A stretch of DNA of 64,000 nt from Auanema rhodensis. Taxonomy: Eukaryota > Animalia > Nematoda. Every line of letters begins with the position of its first letter. The stretch's first letter is position 1. The DNA lies in NCBI GenBank assembly GCA_964057225.1, contig OZ059898.1, forward strand, positions 5,084,001 through 5,148,000, read 5' to 3'. The translations under genes were made by a program, and so were the position numbers. Below the pieces are notes generated by a model. The model was not told where the DNA came from, made no database searches, and worked only from the letters and a program-made list of their open reading frames with translations. Shown one piece after another: positions 45,301 through 59,966 of the stretch.

Positions 45301-48300
45301 AGATACCTGATTATAATTATTGTGTGAAAATCTCAGAGTTTAGCTGATTTATCTAGTTAGATCTTGCAATTGCTACAAGCATTGCTACTGCTCCTCATCT
45401 TTCTCTGTCTCTCACTCTTCATATACATCAATACATCTCTTGTATCCGGTGCATTTGCTGGCAAGATGAGAAGATCGCAGAGAGGAAAATCAGCAGAAAA
45501 TCGAGAAACTCAAAGACGAGAAAAAAGATAAACGTTTGTGAGCTGATAACATGTGAAAATGAAGTTCAGTGATAACTAAGAGAGAAAAAAAGAGAATTGA
45601 CAGAGTAGAAACAGGCATTATCTTGTTCAAAGTCACATCACATGTGTCTCATCTATCTTCATCTTTATCTTTTTCATCATTTTCAAAACTAACGTTCTTA
45701 TTTGTTAAATTCTTAGAACATGACAACTGATGTTAAGTGCCAGATTTCACGCGCCTTCCGTGAAAATGAATATGGCACCAGATTTGAAGAAGACTAAGTC
45801 TTGCATACGATATATGCTTAAAGTCGACTGAGTGTGCATGAATGAGAGAGAGCGAAAGAGGATAATCGACTACTGGTTGAATTGCAATAGCACATGTAGC
45901 TACCGTATCCATTACACGCTTTTCATCTTGTTCGTGTCGACAGTCAGGCTGTCGTGGTTGTCGCGTTTGAAGGCGAAACGGACGTATGATGATGACAACG
46001 ATTTAGATGTCAGCAGACGATAAGAGCCAAAAAAACGAGGGCCTTGAGGTCTTGTCGTCGATGAGCGTTTTGACCAGACAAGAAGATGACGACTATGATG
46101 ATGATGATGAGCGAGAAAATTGGCGAGCACGGCGTCGCTATCAACGCTCAGTGCGTTTTCTTTGTCGACAATAATGACGACGGCGACAACGAAGAGAAGA
46201 GGATGAGATGACAAGCCAACTTATCCGAAAACTCTATTTTTCGCGGAAACAATGATTTAGAATATTGAGAAGAGGCGCAAGAGGAGAAATTGTCTTCGAC
46301 AGCCTGCACAAGATTCTCACCCACAAAACAAGAAAGTTGAACAAGCTTAAGTGTAAAGTAGTCAAGTTCAGGATTTCTGATGGGAAGAACAAATATTCAA
46401 GTAAACCTTTTGCCAATTGAAATTACATTTCAATTTTCATGGTCATTAAGACATCTGTTAAGAAAAAAGGAAAAAGCACATATGTTGCGCATCTCACATA
46501 ATTTAGTGAAGCGTGAAAATGATGAACATTATTAGATTTTGATGATTTGAAATTTCGATAAGTCAGTTCTTTTTCTATCCTATCTTTTATTGTTTCTCTC
46601 TCTCTATCTCTCTATTTCTCTCTATCTTTCTCTCTTTTGCCTTTTATTTCTCTCCTTTTTTTCTTCCATACGACTTGTACAAGACAATTTGATTGTGTTT
46701 GAGATGAAAGACGAGAAACAAGAGATTCTGACACGTTTCAGGTCTTGGTTTTGTTGACAAAATTTGGAATGGTATACGGTTTTGCAAATCTTTAGGATAG
46801 AAATGGAAACGGAAGCATAACAATCAACCAAGGAAAGAGAAAATGGGGAGAGGCAGACGTAGCTATGGGCGGAAAGAGAGAAAGCCTCAGTAGACAAGAG
46901 GCAGAAAAGGGAAAAAACGAAGATGAAAATTGAGAAAAAAAAGAAGGGGAAACTTACGTAGCCGTGCTTGTCAGAGATGTTGTTTGTCAGCTTTAGCTTG
47001 TGGAAGTTGGCTCCTTTAGCCATCCAATGCTCTCCCGTAGCAGGAGAATCCGGATGCACGTAGAGCCGTTTCGGCATTTCTGGATCGGCTTTACCGGCAA
47101 CCATCCATCTGAAAATAGGTACACCTTTAAATGGCTCCAGCATGTAGGTACCGTAGTCGATAAGAAAGAGAAGAGTGTAAAAGCTTGACACAACAGCTTG
47201 ACACTACTTATCTAACTCATTTCGATAATATTTCAATTTCGGTCCAATATATTTAAGAATAAAACATTTGTTCACAGTTTCCAAATATGACTATGTGTTT
47301 TAGATAAATGTGTGCGTTACACTACTGATTTTCACAGTTTTCAGCTCGTTTTAAGCAACCTCATGTTTTTTTGATTAAATTAATGTTTAACCATACTATT
47401 TTGAAGTCAATTTGAACACCAATAAATGGATTACAAACTGATGTTAGTCAGTTAACGCTTCTATCTCGAAGGGTGTCGAAGTTTACGATTTGTAGGAGAA
47501 CAAACGGATTAGGCGATTAAGCAACGTGTCAAACGTACACCATTTCGATGAAGACTGAGAAGAGCAGAAAAAGAAATATAAAGAGACAGACAAGAGTTGT
47601 TACTAATATTTAGAAAAAAAGCCTAAGCTAATAAGGATTAATACAGCTAGAGAAGATAATTTAAAAACTAAGAATTCCAAAATGAATACAAGAAAACAGA
47701 ATTAAATGGAATTCAGATGCAAACAATCAGAAAGGAAGGTGAGGTGGTGATAACGAAACTAATTACATTACGCGTTTTGTGGCTAGTTTGAAGTAGCATT
47801 AAGACGCTATATTATCAATATTAAAAGGATTAAGAACAGACAATTAGTTTGAAGTGTGATGAACAAAACACTCTATGGCTTGTCGAATCAAAAACGTTTC
47901 GTTTTCTTTCCATTTTTTTTCTACAAAAATATACTATCAAATATTATATATACGAATGTGTTAAAGAAAAGTTTATGTCTTAATGAAATTTAACCAATCT
48001 TTCTCAAACTTGGTAATTTGAAAAATTGTGTTGATTACGTATATACGTGCTAACAGTAAGAAGCTGTAAAAAGGTGATAAGATACATGATTGGAACAAGA
48101 AACAGCAAATTGAAGAGATGATAGATGATGAGCTACAGAATGCAAGAGCTGTGATAGCATCTTATAACATCAGTTGGTGTGTATGTGTGAAGAAGGTTGG
48201 TAAGAAAGCTTCAAAATACATGGCCATTCATCATCAGTTGCTTAGAACTTAAAATTTTGCGCAAAAATTGATTGGAAAACAAGAACAATTTTGTTTTGTT

Positions 48301-48841
48301 ATAAAAAATTATGAATAATAGTTCTGAATAGTAGTAGTCAGAATAGTAGAATATGAATAACATATCAGAAGATTTTGGTATATCAACACTTACCGACTAT
48401 TATTGAACTTATATCGGCACTCATCAGCCGGCACAAGGTCCATCAAGAGAAAATACTTGCTTTTCTTGTCTAATCCACTAATTTTAACTCGGAAAGCGGG
48501 AAATATCCGACTGAAAATAAACATAAAAAGTGATTTGCGAGGGGGAAAATGTATTACCGGCCAGATTTGGTTATAACCATTTCAGTCCCACACTCATTGA
48601 ATCTTGTCCAAAGCTCTTGATCATCAAGCTCAACTTTAGGATCATCGACTATACCGTCATCTTCAGGAGGCTGAACATGTCGTTGAGCTGCAGCAGCAGC
48701 TAATGTGGCCATATCACCGGCAGTAGCTGCAGCGGTTGGAGGTAAAGATGGGAAAAAACCAGGAGCAAGCAATCCAGGATTCATGAATGGTAATCGTCCA
48801 GCAAAGTCATTACCGCGACCCAAAAATGGATTGAATGCCAT
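42344..48841 (-). CDS. tbx-2: Tbx2-subfamily T-box transcription factor; exons 48841-48558, 48510-48394, 47108-46958, 44133-43987, 42952-42344
   Basis: MAFNPF.., [119 protein letters not shown]-terminal eh1-like FDVCDLL. All junctions are GT-AG and in phase. Confidence 0.97.
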
Positions 48842-49169
48842 ATTGGCTGACTGTAAGAGATCAGTCGCGAGGCTCGTTGAGGGAAACGTGGTTGCAGATG
48901 TTTTATAGAACGATGCCACCGGCCAAAGGAATAGAATAAAGAAAACTAATAATACAGCACAGAAATAGAAAGAATTGCCAATACGATCTAGTTGTGTTGA
49001 AAATTTGAATATAACACTTGAAGAGTTGTTACACGACGCTTTAATAAGACGTTCGCGTTGTCAGAAGTTTATTGTTGATCTGATTGAATTGTCGTTTGTA
49101 AGCTCGTTGTCTACTAACCGTACACGGTCAGGTAGAAGCACAAGGATGAACAAGACAACAACTGTGTGC

Positions 49170-50400
49170 CGAAATTGACACCTCACACACACACACACAC
49201 AAGTTACTGGCAGACTCTTCGTCTGCTTGCACCGCCCCCTGCGACTTATGCTGACTGCTGATTGGTTGGCACCGCCTACTGGGGCGACCGCGGTTCGCCT
49301 CCTCTTTTTCTCTACCCCAGCCAGGCTATGGCCCCTCGGGTTTTCCAGCCAAACGTCCGTCTCCACCCCCTCTAATCATAGATAGATCATCAATAATATC
49401 TGATATATTCAAATAGTATAATGGTTCAATATCATTTTTTAATATAAAGCACATTCCGTTATTACAGTAGTACGGTAGATGATACTTCCAAATATGTTTT
49501 TTCACATAAGCAACCAATCAATTTCTAGTCATTCCCTATATTTAAACTTCCTTCGTTCGTTTTCATGCTTATTTATATTGTTTAATTTCTTTACATAAAT
49601 CATTATTTAATTCTTTTAAACTATCACAGTAGTTAAACAATTATTTTCTCTAATACATGTTCCTTTTTTATAATGATATTCACTTAAAAATACTCTTCTT
49701 TTACTATACCATTTTACTTAATAGAATCACACCTACAACCTGATTTTGTCTTTTATTTCTAAACTTTTCAACAAAATCTGTTATCAGAGCTTTCGCTTTT
49801 CATTGCGTTTCATGTCAACGGTCGCAAGCCTTTCTTAAAGGTTGTATTGAAGCTCTTGAGGGTTACCGTAAGAAAGGTGTGAGTACCGCAGTGCTACTTG
49901 AGATAACCACCTTTTATTCTCTCACATAACAATGTCAACACCGCTTCCACCCTGAGAGCCACCGAAGATACTCAGCAAGCCGATCTGCTTCTTAAACCCC
50001 CCAGGGTTAAATATTCAACCAAAAAGTACAGAATTATAATATCTTTATGCAAAGCTATAAGAAATTAACAAATCGAACATAATGATAAATGGGAAAAGAA
50101 CCAAAAAAACAGACTGACAGACCTCGAGAGATGAACACACACGGACAAAAGAATTTAAATCACAACCGAAAGACGAATGGCTCGAACTTTTGCTATATTT
50201 TACGAGTCGATTGACGGGTACAAGAATGCGGAGGGAGAAGACACATATCGTGATTTGGCGGAAAGATAACAGAACAAACAATTTAGACATTTAGATACTT
50301 CTGCCTCTCGTTTCTACACATGTAAGATGAAATGATGAGCAATTGCGTGAATGAAACATGTTAGACTTACAAGCTAACTTATTGATTATCACACCTTTGT
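49170..50400. promoter_or_regulatory. tbx-2 promoter/proximal regulatory region with T-box half-sites and CCAAT boxes
   Basis: TGACACCT 49176-49183, TCACACCT 49727-49734, AGGTGTGA 49875-49882, TCACACCT 50389-50396. CTGATTGG 49258-49265 and AACCAATCA 49512-49520. GC-rich patch 49210-49370. Confidence 0.6.
49184..49201. repeat. (CA)9 microsatellite
   Basis: cacacacacacacacaca in the tbx-2 upstream region. Confidence 0.9.
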
Positions 50401-50666
50401 CTCGAAAACGTCAAACGTGAAATTAGTCTGTCAAAATGCTTAGCTAAGACATCGGCTGCCATATACTTCATTGTCCAGCGTCGTACGCTCTCAAGGTCGC
50501 CAGCATCAACAAAAACAAAGAGGCTAAGAACAGGAACAACAAAAACAAGGTGGTTAGCATGTTGGATACACGCAAATCTTGGAGAAGACGGTATCACATT
50601 CTTATTGACCAGACCACTTGAAAAAGTGATAGGCTGGATACGTTCTAGTAGAAAAATTTAAAGAAA

Positions 50667-53600
50667 CTAATTAAGTTCTTTCAAGGAGGCCAGATCCTGA
50701 CTGATGCCCATCTCGTTTTCATATCTGATCAAAACTCCTATCAATGCATGAAGAGTATGTTCTTCTTGAGCAAGTAGATGTAATGGTTTCATCTTTGGAG
50801 GTGGGGCCTAAACAAATATGACCTTATATCTATATGAAGAAATAACTAAAAGCAAAGTAGCGTGCTTTGATTGAGGTTCGGTTATCAATGACCGTAATTT
50901 TCTATGCTTTAACAGTGTGTTCTGATTTATTGCAGTACCTTCTGATATTAGTAACATGTGCTACTTAAATTTTACGATTACGCTATTTTCTCAACCAAAA
51001 GAATCATTTCATGAGAAGGAAATCATCAGGCACTGGCATATACTCGAGTTGAATAGATTGAAACTTACGTTTAAGTCTTCAGGTTCGCGTGTGGCCTTGT
51101 CTAATTCACGTAACAGAGCATATACACCAGATGAACGAAGTTTTTCACGACCAAGTCGAGTAGCACATAGCTAAAAATAAAAACTATATAGCATGTGGTT
51201 TCAAGACTAAAAACCAATATATTTGAAACAAGTAACTGTTAATTCACAACCCGTCTTCAAAAAAAATTGACCTATTTAATTTCCGAAAAGTATCAAAGGT
51301 AAGGTGGTGAGTTACTAGAAAAAGCCTCGATAATCTGTTGAGAGAAGCTAAGGAAACTCAGAAGCCGATGCCGTTTCGTGTTTGCCATGGAATTGTCGAC
51401 GCATTAGAGCGAATTAGTACATAGAGCGTAGAGAAGACACCGCCAAAATTCGCAGCAGGCTCCTGCTCTGTCCCATTCGTCTGTATTTATACAAAACAAT
51501 TCTAAAAATTATTTGAAGCTGAAGCTATTTGGCTCAAAGGAGCTGACTAAATTTGTAGTCTTCAAAAGATACCATAGTTATCCACAACAGGCAAACAGAA
51601 TCCAGGACCCCCTTTCCCCCAAAAAAAAGTTTTTTACATCTCAGAATTACACTACTAATTAAACTTAAGGGAAATTAGCCGAATAAAAAGCTGGAAATTA
51701 CCTGATATAATGCTTCAATCAATTTTTGACGAATATGAGGCGAAGTTTCACGTTCTCCTTCATAATATTGTAAACGAAGAGGTAGTTTTTGAATTTCTTC
51801 ATCGTCCAAATCGTCTTTGGCATCAGCAAGGGGGGTTAAAATGGAAACCAAGTAATCATCAGAAGTATTGAGTAATTTTTCATGAATAGCTGAAAATTAA
51901 TTATTAGTTACCTATATACGACGTTTTTTTGATAACTAGGAGGTCTTATATTTATAAATAGAATAATTTCCTTGTCTGATTCAAAGGCAGCTGACCGCTG
52001 AATATGACACTACTAATCCTCTTTCTTTCTTTCAAGTATATAATGAATTGCAACAAATCTAATGTAATTTGTGATACGTCGAAATTTGTCAGGTAGACGA
52101 AGAAATCTCTTTAGATCATTGTGTCTCCTTTTTTACGAAAGTTAGAAACGACATCAGCCCATCACTGTTTAATCAGACAGACAGGGGCCCGAATATATAT
52201 AGTCGCTTAAGAGAATCGGGATTTGTCGAAATCAGTCTCATTGAAAACCCTTTTACTCTTCTTGTTCATCGATTCCCTTGGTCAACACGTGCAGCTCCCG
52301 TTGAACAATGAGTTAGCAAAGACTCAATTACCGTATATGGATGAGAAGAAAAAGGGAGATGTAAGTACTGAAGACGTCAACTTGTGGGGACATAAATAGG
52401 CCCCAAACCACAACTTGTTTGTCATATCCACAAGCACAGTGGAAATTGAATAGAAATTGTGAAAGACAAAAATTCGAAGATTTTTCTTTTTTTCTCTATG
52501 AATTATATCTTCAAAAGGAAAGAACCACGAAAATGATCTCAGCACCTTCTATATTCCCTTATGTCAGCTCTGTTGACAAACATTCCTTTTACATTACTAG
52601 AAGCCACAGCTTCATATGAGAGTCTATTCAAACTAATCCTTTTCATTTGTGCAACAATCGCCGCCCGAGCTTTGTAAGGGCTCTGGTTATACGGTAGGCC
52701 TTTCTCACTCTATCCTCTTTTTTTCGGATTTTCTATTGGAACTACATGCAGGGATGAACAGAGGCGTATTTTCGAAAATAAACTATTGCATACACTTTCC
52801 CTCCACACACTCAGCTAACCTAGGCAAGAGAGATAACTGCCCTCCTAGTGACACCTCTGCCGCAGCCACATCAGTAAAGTTACGTAAAGTTATACGGTAG
52901 AAGATAAGAAAGATACTTTCTAAGAGAAAAAGCATGTCATCCCAAGCTCACAGAATATGTTTGTGTCTTGTTGGTTAATTGAAGACGTGCCAATGACAAC
53001 AGGTGCCAGGCTGGGATCAGCGTTATTCTCGCACCCTACACCAGAGATTGTTATCATCTTCTATGAAGATAGTGTGGTTAGGGAACGTCAGATGATATCT
53101 TTAACAAGAAAAATGTTTCCAATATTCATGGTTACATCATTTACAGCAGTTCAAACATGTGATATAATGCCATGAAGGCGTATTTTGGTGAATGATTATT
53201 TTTTTGGGCTAGCATTCGAAAGGTTTTGTAGTAACAAATATACACATGAGCAAGACTTGCTATGCAACTCAATCAAAAGCAGTTTGGAACGAAATTGGAA
53301 GACAACTACGGAAACTGTAGAGTAGAATGTGATTGGTCTCTGGAGACCATGCTCGAAGACGTAGACTCACCCTCACAAGACCCAATGCTTACTAATTGTG
53401 CTCAATTCCACAAGTTGGGGCGCCAAATTGAGCATCCACCAGGCGTATCTGAGTCTCTTTACTATGCATGGTCTCTTAACCACTGTCTGCTTAATCATAT
53501 TGAACACCGTGAGTTGGAAACAAGTGAGAAGATAATTAGACATTTAAGAAGAAAGAGAAGAAGCCCGACCGCTGGATCTTTCTCTGAATAACAACTAGAA

Positions 53601-56600
53601 ACCGACACAAAGGGATGGTTTTTCCCTTCACACTAAGTTTTCTAATACACAGTATAATAATTTAAAAACATGCTCAATACATATGGCCTCTCAATAGTGG
53701 TTGTAATTGATATGTATGTAAGGTAACTAAAATGATCTATCAGCTACTTTCAATGACAGTATTGTAAACATTTAGAGATTGCTTAGCCTACTTATGTCTT
53801 ATTTTATGAGCACTCTTGTCTTGATCATATATGAATGTATAATGCAACAATCTGTGTAAGATTCAACACATTGTGTCAGCTATCTGGCAAACCATCCCAT
53901 AAATCTTCTGCGCATTCATAAGACTATGAAAAGTTTGTCAACAGAAACTTCATAAAACTTAGTGTGAGAAGAAGACAATGAGAGCTATTAATACAGATGA
54001 TATCAATGAACAAGAGCCAGATATAACACTAATGCCGCCGCCCTGTCTGTCTCCCATGTCGGGTGCTCCCAATATATCAATGAGGTGTCCGCTAGTGGCC
54101 CGAGCTAACCTGTTACACCCTTACACATGTTTCTTGCCTGCTTTCTCATCTCACTAAGATTTGTGATGAATATCCAATATCTGCTACAAGTGTTAAGAAA
54201 GCTAAGAGTATTTAGATTTCAATATAACAACATATGCCTTTAGAAAATTATTCGCAAGAATTCATAGAATATAATGAAATAAAGAATGGCATAATGTACA
54301 AGAGACAACTATGTCTGTATATATGTGTGCTGCTGATGGATGAATAGGTGGACAGACGGGGGTCCATTCTCTACTAACGACAACTGTTGCTTATTTCCAA
54401 TGTCTTGTCTTGACAACACCGGCAGTACATCGGTAGCCGGGCGGCTCAAAAGCGATATGAACGACATGTAAGACAGGCGCTGCGAGCGACAACTTGTCTT
54501 CATCAGAATCTCTAATACACTCCTGTTCTAATACTGCACACAGGTGCATCAGTGGAAACAGGGAACTTCTTTTTATCCTCACTTCAAAGGGTCAATGTTT
54601 CTCACTAGGTAATTAGTACCTGGAGATACTTTTACAGGGAGCAAAAAAACTGCAAAAGCTGTCGACCAAGAAATTATTTTAATTAATATGAATAAATAGC
54701 ATAATACATACATATATTCAGCAAGTTATGGTACGAAAACATTACTAAACTAATTTCTTATAGTATTGCAAAGTAAGTTTGTAAGTGAAAAAAAGTGAAC
54801 ATTAGTATTTAAGAAACAAGTTCAAAAGAGATTATCGGACACGGTGCAATTTTCTACACCACCTCGATTTACAGCTTTTTGATTGTCAAATTTCACGCAG
54901 ATGCAATCAACGAAAAAAAATCATGTCTTCCCGTTTTTTATATATTTTCTAATTAATGGAATGTGAAATTTCTACGATAAATGTACAGTGGACAAGACTC
55001 AGTATTGGCAACATCATCAAAAAATGAAAATGTCATACCTATATATATATATATATATATATATGTAATAACAAGTAGGAAATAGCAATCAAACACAAAT
55101 TATTTAAGGCAGTACTTGTGTGATAGATGTAATATACTCAAACAAAACAAGAACTGTAATTCTACAAAACGCGACAGCAGCTTGTCACAGAGTCATTTAT
55201 GTGATCCTAATCTATATAATTTCGAAGCATACAAATTAGTTCTAAACTATTTGTATCAAGTATCAACGACGTGCTTATATTGTCAGATTTACTAAGCATA
55301 GCATATCATAAAGAAAGTCGTTCGTTCGTTCCCTGCCTTCAGCATGAACTGATGTGTGATGGTGCGACTTCTAATTTGATGTTAATTCAACACGTCGCAT
55401 TGCTCTCTTATTTGTCAGTTTCGAGGTGACACCATCATTTATGGCCACGGTTTTTCTTCTCTAGTTAAGACAGACATAACGAGATCGTCGTACACGATTT
55501 CGCTACATATTGAGAACTGCCCTAATGAAGAGACAAACACCTCCGATCAGGACAATGAAACAATGATTTTTCTCCCTTACACGCTTCAGTAAAACATATA
55601 AAGGGACTAATTACATGAACAAAACTATCATTTTTTTCTTTAACATCACATTTGCAATTGCGGTAATTTCTCCAAATGTAACTGCAATTATCTCAGAGCA
55701 AACTTGCGTCATCTCATCAGACTTCGATTTCAAGAATCATGGGTTATTTGAGATCCATGAACTAGCCTAGCAAACAGTTGCTTGATGAGTATAGATTGCG
55801 CCACACACATTATAGCACACAAACAGTTTGACGACTTAATAGATGAGCTGAATATCGGATGTCAAGTTCAAATATGGGCATAATATTGTTGCACACCATG
55901 AGCCAACTAATCCACGGTGAATGTAGCCCAGTAGGTTTTCAAAGCTCATATTACAGATTGCTTGCTAAGGTGACAGTAGTTTATAGTGGTATTGTTAGGG
56001 TCGCGACAACGATTAAGCGGGGGCTAATGCGCATTGGATTGGCCAAAGTGTTAGAGAAAAATTAAAGTAGTGAGAGAGACAACTGTAAATTCGCATCGTC
56101 ATCGTCGTTGTCCTCGTCACCTTCAGCGGGGAAACAAACCAAATTAACGATTATTTAATCAGATAAAATGTCAGTCACCGGGAACGTAGAAAAACTATCT
56201 CCTCCCGCTTCTCTTTGTATCGGCACTGATAACATTCCTAACATGATTGCAGAAGCCCAAGCATCATCACCGAGGCGCCCAGAGGGGTTTACCATTAACT
56301 AAACGTTCATTTTTTATAGATCTCCTAATCATATAAAGAGCAATACAAGAAAATTGGAAATCTTGATCACCTTAGAAAGCGTACTTCTCCTTGAACAGAC
56401 ACAAAGCAAGATATTTGAGTTGTGCAAATTGAGGAACAAAGCAATCGCCAGAGTGGCAAAAGGGATATAAGCACGATGAAGAAAGTAAAGAGGAATAGAA
56501 GGATAACGTTGAAGAAAAGAACAACTTGTCCATCATACACAATACGCGGATGTATCGGGTGTCACGGATTAGACGATGAACTGCTGGGGTCAAGTACCGC

Positions 56601-59600
56601 TCCGAAATGACGGACGACATCATCTTATAACTGTTCTCTAGATATACATCCGACAGGACAAGCAATAAGAGAAGAGGAGAGCTGGATAAAACCAGAAGGC
56701 TGATACAGTGCCTTTTAAAAAATGAAAATAACCGTTTCTACACGGCATTAGGGACTAATAATGCTAGGTCAAGAATAGCAATGTCCTTTACCGATTAAGC
56801 ATTAACATGTATGTGAAAAGCCAACGATCGTTGAATAAAGAGGTGACAGAGCGTTGCCACTGTTATTATTTAAACGTCATATTTGACAGATAAACTCAAT
56901 GAATCCTTTAGAAACTGAGAGAACTAAAGGCATGGCGCGATGTCGGTGTTGAATAGGAATAGTTAACATTAACAGAGTATTAAAGAAGAACATCCATTTG
57001 CGATTCAATTTTGGCCTCATATCTGTGAAAATAAAGGGGGGGGGGGGTTCAAAAAATTAAATTAACCACACTTCCCACTATTCAAATGTACACAATAATA
57101 AATGCCAGTAGTCTTTCAGTTTATCAAATAATTCAGGTGACACATACCAGTCATTTCAATATTGAGAGCATAATCAAGTTTACAGTCTTTTCTATCAAAA
57201 ACTCATTAAATAAGAGTCCGTCTCCTTTCGATAAGTTTTGCTACACCGTAAATTAGATATGTTAAAATTGAATTAAAATCTAACGCTACCTATAAAACAT
57301 TGATACGCGAATCAAAGCGAACTTTGATTACCGTAGATGACAACAAAAACTCGAATAGGGTAAACTAATTGAAATGGCATTTAGAACTTCATGCTTAGCT
57401 TTTTCAAGGCAGGGTTTAATGATATCAGTCGTTAATAAACTCGAGAAGCCGCTAATTAATACTAAAGCTACCATCAAAGATAACATTTTATTGGTTTTCG
57501 CAAAGAGACGATTGAATTTTTCGCCATCATAAAGAAACAGCTGAGGAAAGGAGAGAATTTTAACACATTTTCAGACATATTTAGTTGACCATCTCTGTAT
57601 ACAGTTTATGCATGTTTTAATATAACATACACTTACATATGTTTCTTTAGAGTTATTTGGTTAGTGTAATGATTACAGAAGCCAAAATGTATAACTGATA
57701 AATAAGTTGGAGGCTACATCTTATTCGTCATAGTACTCTAAAAAGCGGTATTCTTTTTCACTACACCGTCTAAGACGAGAGCCAAACAAAATGCCGTTGA
57801 GACGGAAGCACTCATCAAAAGGTGAGAGTAGATTGATAAGTTGTAATTAGCATCTAAGTTGATATAAGCAGTAAGAACCAAGAGAACAAATATTTGGAGA
57901 ATACACTTGTAATGGGAATAGAGATTTTTAAGAAGTAAAAAAGATGCAGTGTTAATTTCTAACTTGTTAACTAACCTTCTTCAAATGCCATGTTGCGGAG
58001 TATATCAGCAGCAATTTCTCTATGGCGTTCACTCAGAGTAAAGTAGCTGTAAATAGTAGACAAGCATCCCTGATCCAAAATGAGTCGACGAAACTTTGGC
58101 ACAATAGAGAGATTAACGGCCACAAATCCAAGAAAAACTAGAGTATCACCTCCTTTGGCTGTTAAATCTGAAAAAAAAAGATTTTACAGCTAGCTTTTTA
58201 CTGATTCTAAATTCGTTATTAGAGGATTACGAACTCTTTACATATATATATTTTACACATTTAATTACCATCCCAAAACTTATCAATTCCTTACGTACCA
58301 ACAACATCGGTTATATGAAAAAAAATACAAATACAGTAATTTCATCAGCATCACCGATTCAATGTCTTCATGATTATCAAACACGATCGACATATGTCCA
58401 ATTAAATAAGTGTCGTGTTTAACAGCATTTTTTATTTCAATGCTAAGAAATGAGAAAATGCAGGAACTATCAAAATGGAGGAAAATGAAAAATGTTCTCC
58501 TATCCAATTCGTTTTTTTAACAACTTCTGTTCGAGTAACGAGAACGAATCCTCGAGGTTAACTAGGTACACTCGCAAATAGCGCCAAAAAACTTCAGTGA
58601 CAAATAAGGTCGAAAAGAATCGTCACGATTATTAATCGCATAACCGCAAAGGTGATCGTAAGAACAAGCAACATCCATTCCGTTCTTCATGCATATTTCA
58701 ATTTATTCCCGTTTTTTTATGAAATGAGGGTCAAACAAATATTATCATACATCTATCATACAGGGGACCGTTCTATACGATGATGAAGGCAAATTCCCAT
58801 TGAAACAATATCTCAGAGCCTATCATCCATATCTGCAGAGCAGTTTAGTATTTCATTCCTCCATGAATGGATTTTTTGTAATTTATGACCGACAATGTTG
58901 CGCAATCTGATAATATATCAGTTGTACATCATTCACTCGCGATACGCACCATGAATAGTATGTTTGATATGCAAAGTAAAAATGACCTCGCTGCTTTGAG
59001 CAAGGGACCTAAGCAAAAGTAGAAGAAAATATATAACAAAGCATTTTTTTTACAATGCTTTTGTCAACTGTGTTAAAACGATTTCCCTTTTTTTTTAGAA
59101 AAACTGATAAATACGTAGTCCGATAATGTTAATCTATCAGAGATTTCTTAAATCTATTAAACTGAATATGAAAGCAAACATTATCTGAAAGACGGCTCTG
59201 TGAAATAAAAAAATACAGAAATGTATTACGTTTAAAGACTGTTCAAAGGCATTTTTTCGTTTTGTGTTACCAATAGGTCTTTGTTTTCTGTTCTCTTAGC
59301 TATCAACAATAGTGATCAGCTTCCTTATCACACGGACTATAATCGTTCTAAAGTGAAACGGAAGCAAATTAAAGTTGTTAGCAAAACGACACCCAAGGAG
59401 ACCGTGAATAAAAAGCAAGCCGTGTAAATAAACTAATATTCCCTAACCACAAGTACACCAATTATATTCAAAATTTAAAATTAACTAACCTATAACAATC
59501 TTCAGGCAATTGGCATCGTGGGCAATAAGCAATTCGTGTACTCTATCAGGAAAATGTCGAGAAAGATTTGCAAGTAAACGTGCTCCATATCCAGCAAATG

Positions 59601-59966
59601 GAGCTCCTAATTTACAAGCATCATATGCCAAAACTAGGATTTTCGAATTTGTGAGTATAAAATCGGCTGCTTCCGCAGAGCCAGATGTGAAGTTCGTTAA
59701 TGCAGCTAATGTTGGGGAACGATCAGATATGGTACCTTCACACAGCTTACACAAAGCCTGAAACACGTCAATTTGTTAATGTTGTTTAGGAAGCCTAAGC
59801 CTACCTTGCCTAAGGCAAAATCAGCATTACTGAATAATTTACCAGCCGAACCGTCAAGAGCTGCGCTGAGACCTACTACGTGCTCGAGAGCCATCCGACG
59901 AACATCAAGCCGTGTAGTAGGATCCAAAAATTGGATTAATTCTTCCATAACATTGTCTTCAGACAT
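50667..59966 (-). CDS. HGH1/FAM203 homologue (eEF2 chaperone), 350 aa; exons 59966-59805, 59757-59490, 58167-57976, 51889-51702, 51170-51069, 50807-50667
   Basis: EELIQFLDPTTRLDVRRMALEHVVGLS, ARLLANLSR, ADILRNMAFEE, LTPLADAKDDLDDEEIQKLPLRLQYY..RE..LIEALYQLCATRLGREKLRSSGVYALLRELDK match the HGH1 pattern. Exons sum to 1053 nt in phase. Confidence 0.9.
55040..55064. repeat. (TA)12 microsatellite
   Basis: Perfect TA run in HGH1 intron 3. Confidence 0.9.
57036..57047 (+). repeat. G12 homopolymer
   Basis: gggggggggggg in HGH1 intron 3. Confidence 0.9.

Noticed and set aside
46622-47191. 189-aa ORF spanning tbx-2 exon 3
   Set aside because: Only 47108-46958 is T-box. The flanks are intronic read-through into low-complexity CT-rich sequence.
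49622-49645. TATCACAG, a miR-2-family-like 5' end
   Set aside because: No complementary arm to form a precursor hairpin.
58500-58910. Coding-like patches in HGH1 intron 2
   Set aside because: Short frames with stops, no recognisable similarity, and not needed for the HGH1 reading frame.
59791-59803. TAGGCTTAGGCTT telomere-like stretch (minus strand)
   Set aside because: Only two units, overlapping the HGH1 intron-1 donor. Not enough for an interstitial telomere or a DNA-elimination break site.
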